A stretch of DNA of 64,000 nt from NCBI GenBank assembly GCA_964432115.1, contig CAYSMC010000033.1:1123-65122 (forward strand). The letters run 5' to 3'. Both the position numbers and the translations under genes were made by a program. How positions within the stretch are numbered: the stretch's first letter is position 1; each line of letters opens with the position of its first letter. Of this stretch, positions 29,022 to 38,329 are shown in pieces. The stretch is from an uncultured Pseudomonadales bacterium (GTDB lineage: Bacteria; Patescibacteriota; Microgenomatia; UBA1400; PJMF01). Under the pieces are notes generated by a model. It made no database searches, had not been told where the DNA came from, and saw nothing but the letters and a program-made list of their open reading frames with translations.

Positions 29022-29663
29022 ATGCCAAACAATTTTAAATATTTAATTTTTGATTTTGATGGTACTTTAGCCAATACCACAGAAATTTATTTAATAGCTT
29101 TTAATCGGATTCATGCTCGTTTTAATTTGCCAAAGATTGGCAAAAAAGACTGGAACAAGTTCCAGTCAAGCAGCATGAAAGATCTTTGTCTGGAATATAA
29201 TATTGGCCCTGTTAAATTGTTAAAAATGGCTAAAGCAATTAATCAAGAATTTATTTCTTTAATTGCTCAGGCCGATTTTTATCCAGACATCAAGCAAACC
29301 CTATTTAGTTTAAAGAAAAACTATCAATTGGGAATTTTAAGCTCCAATGAGTTAAGCAATATTGAACGATTTTTTACTGATAAGAATTTATCCTTATCTA
29401 GTATTTTTTCTTTCTGGCGTTGTGAGAAAGAATTGTTTGGTAAAGATCGAGCGCTTAAAGCTTTGATGAAGGAACAAGAGATTGATTCGACGCAAATATT
29501 ATATTTTGGAGATCAAGTGAGAGATATCGAAGCTTGTCAACGGGTTGATGTTCAAGTTGCTGCTGTCAGTTGGGGTTTTGTTAGTGAAGAGCTGTTGGCT
29601 AGTGCTAAACCCAATTATTTACTTAATCAACCCAGCGAGATAATGGATTTATTAGCTGTCTAG
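29022..29663 (+). CDS. HAD-superfamily hydrolase (phosphoglycolate-phosphatase-like)
   Basis: Motif I LIFDFDGTLANT and motif III/IV (YFGDQVRDIEA). Confidence 0.7.
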   Translation: MPNNFKYLIFDFDGTLANTTEIYLIAFNRIHARFNLPKIGKKDWNKFQSSSMKDLCLEYNIGPVKLLKMAKAINQEFISLIAQADFYPDIKQTLFSLKKNYQLGILSSNELSNIERFFTDKNLSLSSIFSFWRCEKELFGKDRALKALMKEQEIDSTQILYFGDQVRDIEACQRVDVQVAAVSWGFVSEELLASAKPNYLLNQPSEIMDLLAV

Positions 29664-29717
29664 CTGTTAATTTTTCAGTTACAAGAGTATAATCATACTT
29701 TTGATTTTAGGAAATTC

Positions 29718-31577
29718 ATGCAAATTCGTAATGTTGCTATTATTGCTCATGTTGATCATGGCAAAACCACTTTAATTGATGGGATGCTTAAGCAAACCCA
29801 TGCTTTTCGTGATAATCAAGCAGAAATGTCTCAGGAGACGATTTTAGATAGTAATGATCTGGAACGAGAAAAAGGCATTACTATTTTAGCTAAAAATACT
29901 TCCATTAATTATCGAAGTAAAGCTGGTGAAGAAGTTAAGATCAATATTATTGATACTCCAGGACATGCAGATTTTGCTGGTGAGGTGGAGCGAGTAATTA
30001 GTATGGCTGATGGAGCCATTTTATTGGTTGATGCGGCAGAAGGGCCTTTACCTCAAACTAAATTTGTTCTCCAGCAAGCAATTAAACAAAAAATACCAAT
30101 TATTGTTTTAATTAATAAAATTGATCGTCGAGATAGTGAACCACAGCGGGTTTTAAATCAGGTTGAAGAGTTGTTTTTAAGTTTAGCTGACGACAGTGCT
30201 CAACTGGATTTTCCCGTTTTATATTCAGTTGGCAGAATGGGTAAAATTTGGTCAGAATTACCTGAAAAGAATCAGGCCGAATTTTTAAGTAAAGAAAATG
30301 GTAATTTACAACCCTTGTTTGAAGAAATTATTCACACTATTCCTGCTCCACAAACTAATTCACAAAAGCCGTTTAAAATGCAAGTATCAACTCTTGATTT
30401 TGATTCATATAAGGGCATTTATGCTATTGGCAAAGTTACACAAGGATTAGTTAAAAGTGGTCAGCGCTTAATTATTTTACAAGAACAAGAAAAAGTGGGT
30501 GAAATGACTGTTGCTCATTTAATGGAGAGCGCTGGTTTAGAAAAAAAAGAGATTCAACAATCACGACCAGGAGATATTATCGCTATTACTGGAGCAGACA
30601 AGATTGCTATTGGTCAAACATTGGCAGCTTTAGGTGAAACTGAGGGTTTCCCAATGATCAAAATTACCGAACCAACGCTTAAAATTCAAATTGCCGCTAA
30701 TAGTTCCCCTTTTGTTGGCAGGGAAAGTGAATTTTGCACAGTTCGTCAGTTGGCTGAACGACTCAAACGTGAACAAAAAACTAATTTGGGTTTGCGTATT
30801 GAGCAGAAAGAGGGAGGTATTTTTATTGTAGCGGGACGAGGTGAACTACATTTGTCTATTTTAATTGAAACAATGCGTCGTGAGGGTTATGAAATGGAAG
30901 TTGGTCGTCCTCAAGTTATTTTTAAAGAAATTGATGGAGTTAAGCAAGAACCAGTTGAAGAATTAGTTGTTGAAATTGAACAGGATTATGTGGGAATTAT
31001 CACTGAAGAATTGGGGAAACGTCATGCCCAATTGCAAAGTAGCGTCACTAATCATAGGGGTGTGAGCCGAATGGTTTATCAAATTACTAGCCGCAACCTT
31101 CTTGGTTTTCGTAGCGAAATTTTAACTAAAACTAAAGGCAATGGTTTATTTACCAGTTCTTTCTTACATTATGCTCCCCTGCAAGATAAAAGATTAAAAT
31201 TAAGAAATGGAGCCCTGATTGCTACTGAAACTGGCATGGTTACTGCTTATGCCTTAGAAAGTGTTCAGCAGCGAGGAAAAACCTTTGTTATTCCTGGTGA
31301 ACAGGTTTATGAAGGACAAATAGTTGGTTTGTGCAAGCAAAAAGGCGATTTAGAGGTAAACGTCTGTAAAAGTAAAAAATTAACTAATTTTCGTTCTAAT
31401 GCAGAAGTAATGATAGTGCTCAATACTAGAATCGATTTAAGTCTTGAGCAATCTCTAGATTTTATTGAAAATGATGAATTGCTTGAAGTTACTCCGCAAA
31501 ATCTTCGTTTACGTAAGCGTTATTTAAACAAATTAGAACGTAGTAAAAAAACCACCCAAAGAATTAAGAATTGTTAA
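29718..31577 (+). CDS. typA: translational GTPase TypA/BipA
   Basis: IRNVAIIAHVDHGKTTL, DTPGHADF, NKIDR, plus the EF-G-like domain arrangement and BipA C-terminal domain. Confidence 0.9.
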   Translation: MQIRNVAIIAHVDHGKTTLIDGMLKQTHAFRDNQAEMSQETILDSNDLEREKGITILAKNTSINYRSKAGEEVKINIIDTPGHADFAGEVERVISMADGAILLVDAAEGPLPQTKFVLQQAIKQKIPIIVLINKIDRRDSEPQRVLNQVEELFLSLADDSAQLDFPVLYSVGRMGKIWSELPEKNQAEFLSKENGNLQPLFEEIIHTIPAPQTNSQKPFKMQVSTLDFDSYKGIYAIGKVTQGLVKSGQRLIILQEQEKVGEMTVAHLMESAGLEKKEIQQSRPGDIIAITGADKIAIGQTLAALGETEGFPMIKITEPTLKIQIAANSSPFVGRESEFCTVRQLAERLKREQKTNLGLRIEQKEGGIFIVAGRGELHLSILIETMRREGYEMEVGRPQVIFKEIDGVKQEPVEELVVEIEQDYVGIITEELGKRHAQLQSSVTNHRGVSRMVYQITSRNLLGFRSEILTKTKGNGLFTSSFLHYAPLQDKRLKLRNGALIATETGMVTAYALESVQQRGKTFVIPGEQVYEGQIVGLCKQKGDLEVNVCKSKKLTNFRSNAEVMIVLNTRIDLSLEQSLDFIENDELLEVTPQNLRLRKRYLNKLERSKKTTQRIKNC

Positions 31578-31599
31578 CAATGAGTGTTAAAATAGAGCT

Positions 31600-32807
31600 G
31601 TGTCTGATTTTACAGAACCGCTAGCTTCAATTTTGCGCCCCAAGAATTTAGATGAATTTGTTGGTCAAAATCATTTGGTGGGTCAAGGTAAACCTCTAAG
31701 CGCCATGATTGCTTTGGGCGCACCTTTTTCTTTAATTTTTTGGGGACCTCCTGGAGTTGGTAAAACCACTTTGGCTAAAATTATTGCTAGGGAAACGGGT
31801 CGTTCATTTATCGAATTATCTGCTGTTTCTGCCAGCAAAGCTGATGTTAAAAAAGTGCTGGATCAAACAAGAGAACAAAAGACTTTATTAGAATCTTACC
31901 AAGCACCAGTTCTTTTTTTAGATGAGATTCATCGCTTTAATAAAGCTCAACAAGATTTTTTATTGCCCAGTGTGGAAAGTGGCCAAATAGTATTAATTGG
32001 TGCCACCACGGAGAATCCGTCCTTTGAAGTGATTGCTCCTTTATTATCCAGAATGAGAGTGTTTGTTTTACATCCCCTCAAAAATGAAGAACTAGTTTTA
32101 ATCATTGATAAAGCACTCAAACTTTTAAAAATAAAAAAAATTGCCAAGTCAAGTCAAGAGTTTTTATTAAACTATGCCGATGGTGATGCTCGTAAATTAT
32201 TAACCATCATCGATAATGCTTACGCTCTTTATGGGGATTTAAAATTAACTTCACTAAAAAATGCTTTGCAGTCTAAGCAAATTCTTTACGATAAAAAAGG
32301 CGACGAACACTACAACATTATTAGTGCTTTTATTAAAAGCTTACGAGCTAGCGATGTCGATGCAGCCTTATATTATTTAGCCAGAATGGTCAAGGCTGGA
32401 GAAGATCCTAAATTTATTGCCAGGAGAATGGTGATTTTTGCTAGTGAAGACGTGGGTATGGCTCAACCAACAGCTTTGGTAGTGGCTAATGAAGTGTTCG
32501 AAGCAGTGATGAAAATTGGTTATCCAGAAGCCCAAATTAGTTTGGCTCACGGCGTGGTTTATTTAGCTTTAGCTAAAAAGATCGCAGTGCTTATGATGCT
32601 TATTTCAAAGCGCTGGCAGATGTAGAAAAATATGGCAATTTGTCCATCCCGTTTAAATTGCGCAATGCGCCCACAAAATTAATGAAAAATTTAAAATATG
32701 GTGAAGGCTATGTTATGTATAAACCAGGAAAAGATCAAAGAGAAGAAAGTTATTTACCCGATAAAATTAAAGGAAAAAGATATTATCAAAGTAAATCGAA
32801 AGGTTAA
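31600..32807 (+). pseudogene. rarA: replication-associated recombination protein A (RarA/MgsA AAA+ ATPase), disrupted by a 1-nt frameshift in a poly-A tract near 32575-32580
   Basis: Frame 1 (31600..32625) gives the AAA+ domain (FWGPPGVGKTTLAKIIA...AHGVVYLALAKK). Continuing in the 0 frame gives the conserved C-terminus ([45 protein letters not shown]...[12 protein letters not shown]) to TAA at 32805-32807. Adding one A to the AAAAA run restores one ORF. Confidence 0.7.
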
Positions 32808-32808
32808 A

Positions 32809-33546
32809 ATGTCTGATCAAAATTTACAAAATTGTTGTTTAAACTGTCAATGCCAGGTTTGTAAGCATTCTGCTGGTAATGGTGCGAATAGCGTTTCAAG
32901 CTTTCCCCTAATTGGTGATAAGTTTCCTGATTTAGAAGCTCATAGCACTCATGGTCGTTTATCTTTCCCCAAAGATTTAATGGGCAAATGGACAGTGTTG
33001 TTTAGTCATCCAGCAGATTTTACTCCGGTCTGTACCACTGAATTTGTATCTTTTGCTAAATACGCTCCCCAATTTAAAAAAATTAATACTCAGCTAATAG
33101 GTCTATCAATTGATCAAGTTTTTTCTCACATTAAATGGGTGGAATGGATCCAGGAAAATTTAGATATTAAGATTCCCTTTCCTATCATTTCAGATAATAC
33201 TGGTCGAGTGGGCAAGCGCCTCGGCATGATTCATGAAAAACAAGGGACAGATACAGTGCGAGCAGTATTTGTGATGGACGACAAAGCAGTTATTCGTTTG
33301 ATTCTCTATTATCCTCAAGAAGTGGGACGCAACATGGCAGAAATTTTGCGGGCAGTTAAGGCCCTGCAGTTTTCCACCGCTAATAAAGTAGCGATGCCGG
33401 CCAACTGGCCTGAAAACGAATTGGTAGGTGATCATGTTATTGTGCCACCAGCTAAGACTGAAGTTGAGGCCAAAGCCAGAGCGGGTAAAAGAGATTGTTA
33501 TGATTGGTGGTTTTGTCATAAAAAGGTAGTAGCCAAGAAAAAATAA
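32809..33546 (+). CDS. 1-Cys peroxiredoxin (Prx6-like) with a Cys-rich N-terminal extension
   Basis: Peroxidatic motif FTPVCTTE in a thioredoxin fold. The roughly 30-aa N-terminal tag is [23 protein letters not shown]. The start is chosen right after the rarA stop; the upstream start at 32698 would overlap the rarA C-terminus. Confidence 0.85.
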   Translation: MSDQNLQNCCLNCQCQVCKHSAGNGANSVSSFPLIGDKFPDLEAHSTHGRLSFPKDLMGKWTVLFSHPADFTPVCTTEFVSFAKYAPQFKKINTQLIGLSIDQVFSHIKWVEWIQENLDIKIPFPIISDNTGRVGKRLGMIHEKQGTDTVRAVFVMDDKAVIRLILYYPQEVGRNMAEILRAVKALQFSTANKVAMPANWPENELVGDHVIVPPAKTEVEAKARAGKRDCYDWWFCHKKVVAKKK

Positions 33547-33595
33547 TTTCATTTGTTCTAATTTTTAAACTAGCTTATAATAACAACTTGAGTGC

Positions 33596-33669
33596 GCGCC
33601 CATAGCTCAGCTGGATAGAGCGTTTGTTTGCGGAACAAAAGGCCAGAGGTTCGAATCCCCTTGGGCGCA
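33596..33669 (+). tRNA. tRNA-Arg, anticodon loop reads UU-GCG-GA (anticodon GCG)
   Basis: Hand-folded cloverleaf: acceptor GCGCCCA/TGGGCGC, D-arm GCTC/GAGC with A20, anticodon stem TTTGT/ACAAA, T-arm with TTCGAAT loop, discriminator A73, and no encoded CCA. Confidence 0.7.
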
Positions 33670-33758
33670 CAGTTTATTTCATAATTTGCTAATTTAGTTT
33701 CAACTATGTAATTTTTAATAAAATGGTTTTTTTAATTAAGCTGGGTTAAAATAGACAA

Positions 33759-33956
33759 ATGACACCCAGAGAACATAATGATTCTTTTTTAGCTGGTCTT
33801 TTACGAAAAAAAGCCGCAGTAGAAGAAATAGAAAATGAAACTGGAGCTAATGTAAATTCAGCCCTTAAGGAAGTTGATCGGCAAATTAGTCAGTGCTTAT
33901 CTGGTGGTAACCCGATTAAAGGTAAAGGAGTGACTAAATCTGGAGAGTTAGATTAA
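33759..33956 (+). CDS. hypothetical small protein (65 aa) between two tRNA genes
   Basis: ORF only, with no homology recognised. It may be spurious. Confidence 0.25.
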   Translation: MTPREHNDSFLAGLLRKKAAVEEIENETGANVNSALKEVDRQISQCLSGGNPIKGKGVTKSGELD

Positions 33957-33961
33957 AGCTA

Positions 33962-34045
33962 GGAAGGGTCGCATAGTGGCTATTGCATCAGCCTCGAAAA
34001 CTGACGCCTTTTTGGGCATCGCGGGTTCGAGTCCCGCCCCTTCCG
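33962..34045 (+). tRNA. tRNA-Ser (anticodon CGA), type II with long variable arm
   Basis: Acceptor GGAAGGG/CCCTTCC, 3-bp D-stem, anticodon loop CT-CGA-AA, long variable arm, T-loop TTCGAGT, and G73. Confidence 0.7.
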
Positions 34046-34055
34046 CTCTAACTTT

Positions 34056-34721
34056 ATGAAAAAATTAATTATCTCAGACACCCATCTTTCCAGATTTAAT
34101 AAAAAACAATTTAGTTTTTTGCGTGATTTAATTAAATCTGTAGATGAGGTGATTATTAATGGTGACTTTTGGGATAGTTGGTGTATCTCTTTTGAAAAAT
34201 TTGTCAATTCAAAGTGGCAACAATTATTTGATTTACTGCTTGAAAAAAACACTATTTATATTTATGGCAATCACGATCCTAAACACTTGTGTGATGAGCG
34301 TTGCTCATTATTTGCTGTGAAAACTTGTAATAGTTATCAATTTGAATTATTGGGTCAAAAATTTCATTGTGAACATGGTCATCATTTAATGACTCATTTT
34401 AACATGAGTAACTTTATTAATATTTATTATAAATTACTACATCGTCAACCCAAAGTACTTTGTTATTTAATTGCTGAATTTGAGCGCCTACTTTTTTATG
34501 TGTTTCCCAACACCAACAGGCACTCCAAAGTTGGTCAGCACACTAATCAAATTCTTAGAAAAAATTTGCACCATAAATATATTAATATTTATGGTCACTC
34601 TCACTGTGCAGATTTAGATTTGGAGAATAATTTTGTTAATAGTGGTTCTATTATGTGTAAAAATGCGAGTTATGTATTGATTGATAATAAAAAAATTAGA
34701 TTAGAACGCATGAGATATTAA
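34056..34721 (+). CDS. metallophosphoesterase (calcineurin-like MPP superfamily)
   Basis: MPP motifs ISDTHL, INGDFWD, GNHD and GHSH. Confidence 0.7.
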   Translation: MKKLIISDTHLSRFNKKQFSFLRDLIKSVDEVIINGDFWDSWCISFEKFVNSKWQQLFDLLLEKNTIYIYGNHDPKHLCDERCSLFAVKTCNSYQFELLGQKFHCEHGHHLMTHFNMSNFINIYYKLLHRQPKVLCYLIAEFERLLFYVFPNTNRHSKVGQHTNQILRKNLHHKYINIYGHSHCADLDLENNFVNSGSIMCKNASYVLIDNKKIRLERMRY

Positions 34722-34745
34722 TTTTTTTCCGCTATAATTCTATTT

Positions 34746-35552
34746 ATGAAAAGTAGACAAAAAAAATTAGGTTTAGCTCTTGGTGGTGGTGGTTGGCGAG
34801 GCTTAGCTCACATCGGGGTCATTAAAGAATTATTAAAAAACGAAATTGAAATTAGTTATATTGCTGGTAGCAGTGCTGGAGCGTTAGTGGGTGGGATGTA
34901 TGCTGCTTTTCAAGATATTGACAAAGTAGAAGCCATATTTCGTGAAAACATGAATTATCGCCGCCTACTTTATGCTTTTTCTGATCCCAAACCAAAGTGG
35001 GGCATTTTTGCTGGGGATAAGATGCAGGATCTTTTTGAAAAATATTTAGGTAAACGTCAAATTGAAGATTTAAAAATCCCCTTTTGTGCTTTGGCTTGTG
35101 ACTTATTGACTGGTCAAGCGGTAGAGTTGCATAGAGGTAAATTAAGCAAAGCCATTCATGCCAGTATATCTGTACCATTTTTCTTAAAACCAGTTAAGTG
35201 GGGCAAGATGCGCTTGATTGATGGTGCGGCGGCTGTGCCCATACCAGTTAAAACAGTTAAACAAATGGGAGCTGAAATAGTGATTGCCGTTAATTTGCAA
35301 AAAAATCATTTTCCAATGATCGACCACAAAATTTCTGCTTTTAAAACTGCTTTAAAAACCTCTCAAGTGATGCTTTATCATTTGGCGGAATATAATCAAG
35401 AATCAGCCGATTTAGTGTTGTTGCCTGATATAGATGAAAATGGCGATTATAAAAATCCATTTTTAGGATTTGTCAAACGCGGTGATGTTTTTATTGATGG
35501 TGAAGAGGTGGTTAAAGAGAATATTGAAGAGATAAAAAAATTATTGTTTTAA
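34746..35552 (+). CDS. patatin-like phospholipase
   Basis: Oxyanion-hole motif GGGGWRG, nucleophile elbow GSSAG, and catalytic Asp in DGAAA. Confidence 0.85.
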   Translation: MKSRQKKLGLALGGGGWRGLAHIGVIKELLKNEIEISYIAGSSAGALVGGMYAAFQDIDKVEAIFRENMNYRRLLYAFSDPKPKWGIFAGDKMQDLFEKYLGKRQIEDLKIPFCALACDLLTGQAVELHRGKLSKAIHASISVPFFLKPVKWGKMRLIDGAAAVPIPVKTVKQMGAEIVIAVNLQKNHFPMIDHKISAFKTALKTSQVMLYHLAEYNQESADLVLLPDIDENGDYKNPFLGFVKRGDVFIDGEEVVKENIEEIKKLLF

Positions 35553-35577
35553 ATAAATTATAAAAAAGTTAAAAAAA

Positions 35578-36315
35578 ATGACTCAAATTACCAAAAAAAT
35601 TATTTTAACCATTAAAAAATCGGCAAATTCCCACAAGGCTCAACATTTTCAGCGTTTTTTTAAAACTGGAGTTGGAGAATATGGTGAAGGAGATTTGTTT
35701 TTAGGTTTAACTGTTCCAGAACAAAGATTGATTGTCAAAAAATTTGCTGATCAAATTGTTCTTGAGGATTTAGCTATTTTAATTGTTAGTCCATATCATG
35801 AAATTCGTTTAGTTTCATTATTATTATTGGTTGAACTTTTTCAACAAGCTCGTGATCAGAAAGAAAAAAAACAATTAGTTGACTTTTATTTAGCTCATTC
35901 TACTTATATTAATAATTGGGATTTGGCTGATTTGTCTGCATATAAAATTGTGGGCCAGTATTTATTTGAAATAAATCAGGAAAAAAATTCTCAAAAAACT
36001 CCAAAGGTATTAATTAAACTAGCAAGATCAAGTTTGCTATGGGATAGGCGCATTGCAATATTATCTACTTTTCCTTTTGTCAAAGCTGGACAATTTTTAC
36101 CCACTTTAGAATTAGCCAAAATCTTAATTAATGATCAAGAAGATTTAATGTACAAGGCGGTTGGTTGGTTATTGCGAGAAGTTGGCAAGCAAGACGAAAA
36201 AATCTTAACTGATTTTTTAGATCAATATACTTTGCAAATGCCTCGCACTATGTTGCGTTACGCCATTGAAAAATTTCCTGATGAAAAGAGGCAATCTTAT
36301 TTAAAGAAAAACTAA
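35578..36315 (+). CDS. DNA alkylation repair protein (AlkD/AlkC-like HEAT-repeat glycosylase family)
   Basis: All-alpha HEAT-like repeats with the family N-terminal pattern (FQRFFKTGVGEYGEGDLFLGLTVPEQR) and WDxxD (NWDLADL). Confidence 0.75.
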   Translation: MTQITKKIILTIKKSANSHKAQHFQRFFKTGVGEYGEGDLFLGLTVPEQRLIVKKFADQIVLEDLAILIVSPYHEIRLVSLLLLVELFQQARDQKEKKQLVDFYLAHSTYINNWDLADLSAYKIVGQYLFEINQEKNSQKTPKVLIKLARSSLLWDRRIAILSTFPFVKAGQFLPTLELAKILINDQEDLMYKAVGWLLREVGKQDEKILTDFLDQYTLQMPRTMLRYAIEKFPDEKRQSYLKKN

Positions 36316-36548
36316 TTAGGTCGATGAAAATAAAAAGTCGTGTTTTGCTGCGGTATGTTTTTTATTGAAAATCTTTTGGCAAAATCTGTTGTTAATTCAG
36401 GGATAAGGACTTGAATTGCTCCAGGTAAATATTCGAGCACTATTGCTTGCAAATTTTTTTTAGCGATATAGTAATCATCATCTTCATGAAGTCCTTGATT
36501 AAGCATGCTGCCAGCCGGAATAAGAATTTTCTCCTGATTTTTTCCCAT
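36312..36548 (-). CDS. hypothetical small protein (78 aa)
   Basis: ORF convergent with and overlapping the alkD-like stop. No homology recognised. Confidence 0.3.
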   Translation of the reverse strand: MGKNQEKILIPAGSMLNQGLHEDDDYYIAKKNLQAIVLEYLPGAIQVLIPELTTDFAKRFSIKNIPQQNTTFYFHRPN

Positions 36549-36664
36549 ATTTTATTATATCAATTAATATCAAATTTTGTAAGAAACAATAAAATTAATT
36601 TATTTTTTTTATCTACTTAAGGCTTTTAGCTTAAGGAAAAAACGCTATAATAAGACATCTTTAA

Positions 36665-36747
36665 GGAGGTGTCGCATAGCGGTCAATTGCACACGCTTGG
36701 AAAGCGTGAGCCTCGCGGCTTCAAGGGTTCGAATCCCTTCACCTCCG
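36665..36747 (+). tRNA. tRNA-Ser (anticodon GGA), type II
   Basis: Acceptor GGAGGTG/CACCTCC, anticodon stem CACGC/GCGTG, loop TT-GGA-AA, long variable arm, T-loop TTCGAAT, and G73. A TATAAT box lies about 20 nt upstream. Confidence 0.75.
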
Positions 36748-36826
36748 CAGTCAAGAATAAATAAAGTGAATTCTTGACTCGTACCCGAATGGTACACTGC
36801 CGATTAGTAATATTATTGGATTAATT

Positions 36827-38314
36827 ATGAAAAAAATAATCATTGCTATTTTAGGAATTGCTTTATTAATTGTTGGAGTTTGGTTTTTTTGTAAAAACAA
36901 AAGATTAGAAAGTTTAAATAAAGAGTCAATAGTTTTGCAAGAAACTTATGATATCTCCAAAGAATATCTGTCTTTGCGTTATCGCACTGATAATATTTTG
37001 GTCAATGCTAGGGAATATGCAGACTATGTCACCTGGGATGCAGACATGACTCAACTAATTAAGGATTGGGAAGAGTTAGCTAAAGAAACAGAAGAATTGG
37101 AACAATCGGCCACCAATATTGCCGACACAGTCGCCAGCAATTTTAAGTTAGTGCAAAAAACTCATGCCTACTCTGCTCAAGAAATTTCAAACATCTACGA
37201 TAAAGCGCCGAAATTTAAGGGTATCGCTGCCATAGCCAAACATCTTAATGTGGATGCCAAAAGAGCCCAAATCATTTTAGATTCAGCTCAAGCTCAAATT
37301 AACTCTGGTGTTTTTAGCGAAGAAGGAGATGCTTTTGAAAATTTGGAAAATACAGCCATAGTGGTCAAAGATGGTTGTAAGGTAGCTGGTTTTGTTGGCG
37401 GAGTAGTTATAACAGGAGGTGCAGCTGGATTTGCCGCTGCCGGTACAATGACTCAAGTTGGGGTAGTCATTGTTGGTGCTGATCTAGCACTAGAAGTGAC
37501 TGAAGATGGAGCACAAATTGCATTTGGAGATAAGAACAAAGTCTCTTCTTTTGTCAAAGATGTTAGAACAGTGACTGAGCCCATTGCCACCGTCATTTCA
37601 ATCACTAGTATTCCTAGTAATTTAAGTAGCGCCTATGGCAAATTTGATAGTATCATGGTTGGACTAGAGCAATTCAGAGAATCAGCTCAGGAAGGTAAAG
37701 TAATTGGTGTAGACCTAAAGAATTTTGCCTATCAAAAACCCTTCCAACGCATCCGTCAAACAAAATACCCAGGAACAGTGACTGCTGCTGAATTGGAAAT
37801 GGCCGAAGTCGAAACTTGGTTGCAGAGTCTAAACCAAGAGTATAAACCCATGACTCAAGAAGAGGTCAAAGAATTTTTATCAAGCTCAGCTAAAGACACT
37901 CAGCAAGAGCAAGCAATTGAAGAACAAGAATTTGTAGAAGAAGTTGGTCCGGTACAAGAAACTGACAAAGATTTCTCTACTGGATCACAGGCAATGGCTG
38001 GCACTTATAGTGGGAGCGCGATCCTGCAACACGTCGAAGAAGACGTGGAGGCTGATGAAAGTCTGGCAGTGACCTTACAACTCAATGAGTCCGGTACTGG
38101 TACGGCGACAGTGTATGGCTATAGTGGGGATGCACAATACGCAGGCAATAATGTTAGTTTTTCTGTAACAATGAAGGAGAACGGCGCGGCGGTGAATTGT
38201 TCGTTTAAGGGTAAGGCAAGCCACAGTGGTAGCCAGACTGTAATTAGTGGTGATTTGTACTGCAGCATGATGGGCATTACTTTTGCTACTTATTCTTGGA
38301 GTGCTCAGAAGTAA
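36827..38314 (+). CDS. hypothetical membrane-anchored extracytoplasmic protein (helical N-domain, Gly/Ala-rich middle, Ser/Thr/Gly-rich C-terminus)
   Basis: N-terminal signal-anchor MKKIIIAILGIALLIVGVWFF. No family recognised. Confidence 0.45.
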   Translation: MKKIIIAILGIALLIVGVWFFCKNKRLESLNKESIVLQETYDISKEYLSLRYRTDNILVNAREYADYVTWDADMTQLIKDWEELAKETEELEQSATNIADTVASNFKLVQKTHAYSAQEISNIYDKAPKFKGIAAIAKHLNVDAKRAQIILDSAQAQINSGVFSEEGDAFENLENTAIVVKDGCKVAGFVGGVVITGGAAGFAAAGTMTQVGVVIVGADLALEVTEDGAQIAFGDKNKVSSFVKDVRTVTEPIATVISITSIPSNLSSAYGKFDSIMVGLEQFRESAQEGKVIGVDLKNFAYQKPFQRIRQTKYPGTVTAAELEMAEVETWLQSLNQEYKPMTQEEVKEFLSSSAKDTQQEQAIEEQEFVEEVGPVQETDKDFSTGSQAMAGTYSGSAILQHVEEDVEADESLAVTLQLNESGTGTATVYGYSGDAQYAGNNVSFSVTMKENGAAVNCSFKGKASHSGSQTVISGDLYCSMMGITFATYSWSAQK

Positions 38315-38329
38315 GCAACACTACAAATT

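Noticed and set aside
32698-32808. Upstream start (32698) for the peroxiredoxin ORF
   Set aside because: It would overlap the conserved RarA C-terminus in another frame. A start at 32809 immediately after the rarA stop gives a clean gene junction.
36749-36779. Hairpin AGTCAAGAA-N13-TTCTTGACT after tRNA-Ser as an intrinsic terminator
   Set aside because: It has a stable 9-bp stem but is not followed by a U-run. It is possibly a processing or structural element, so it is not called as a terminator.
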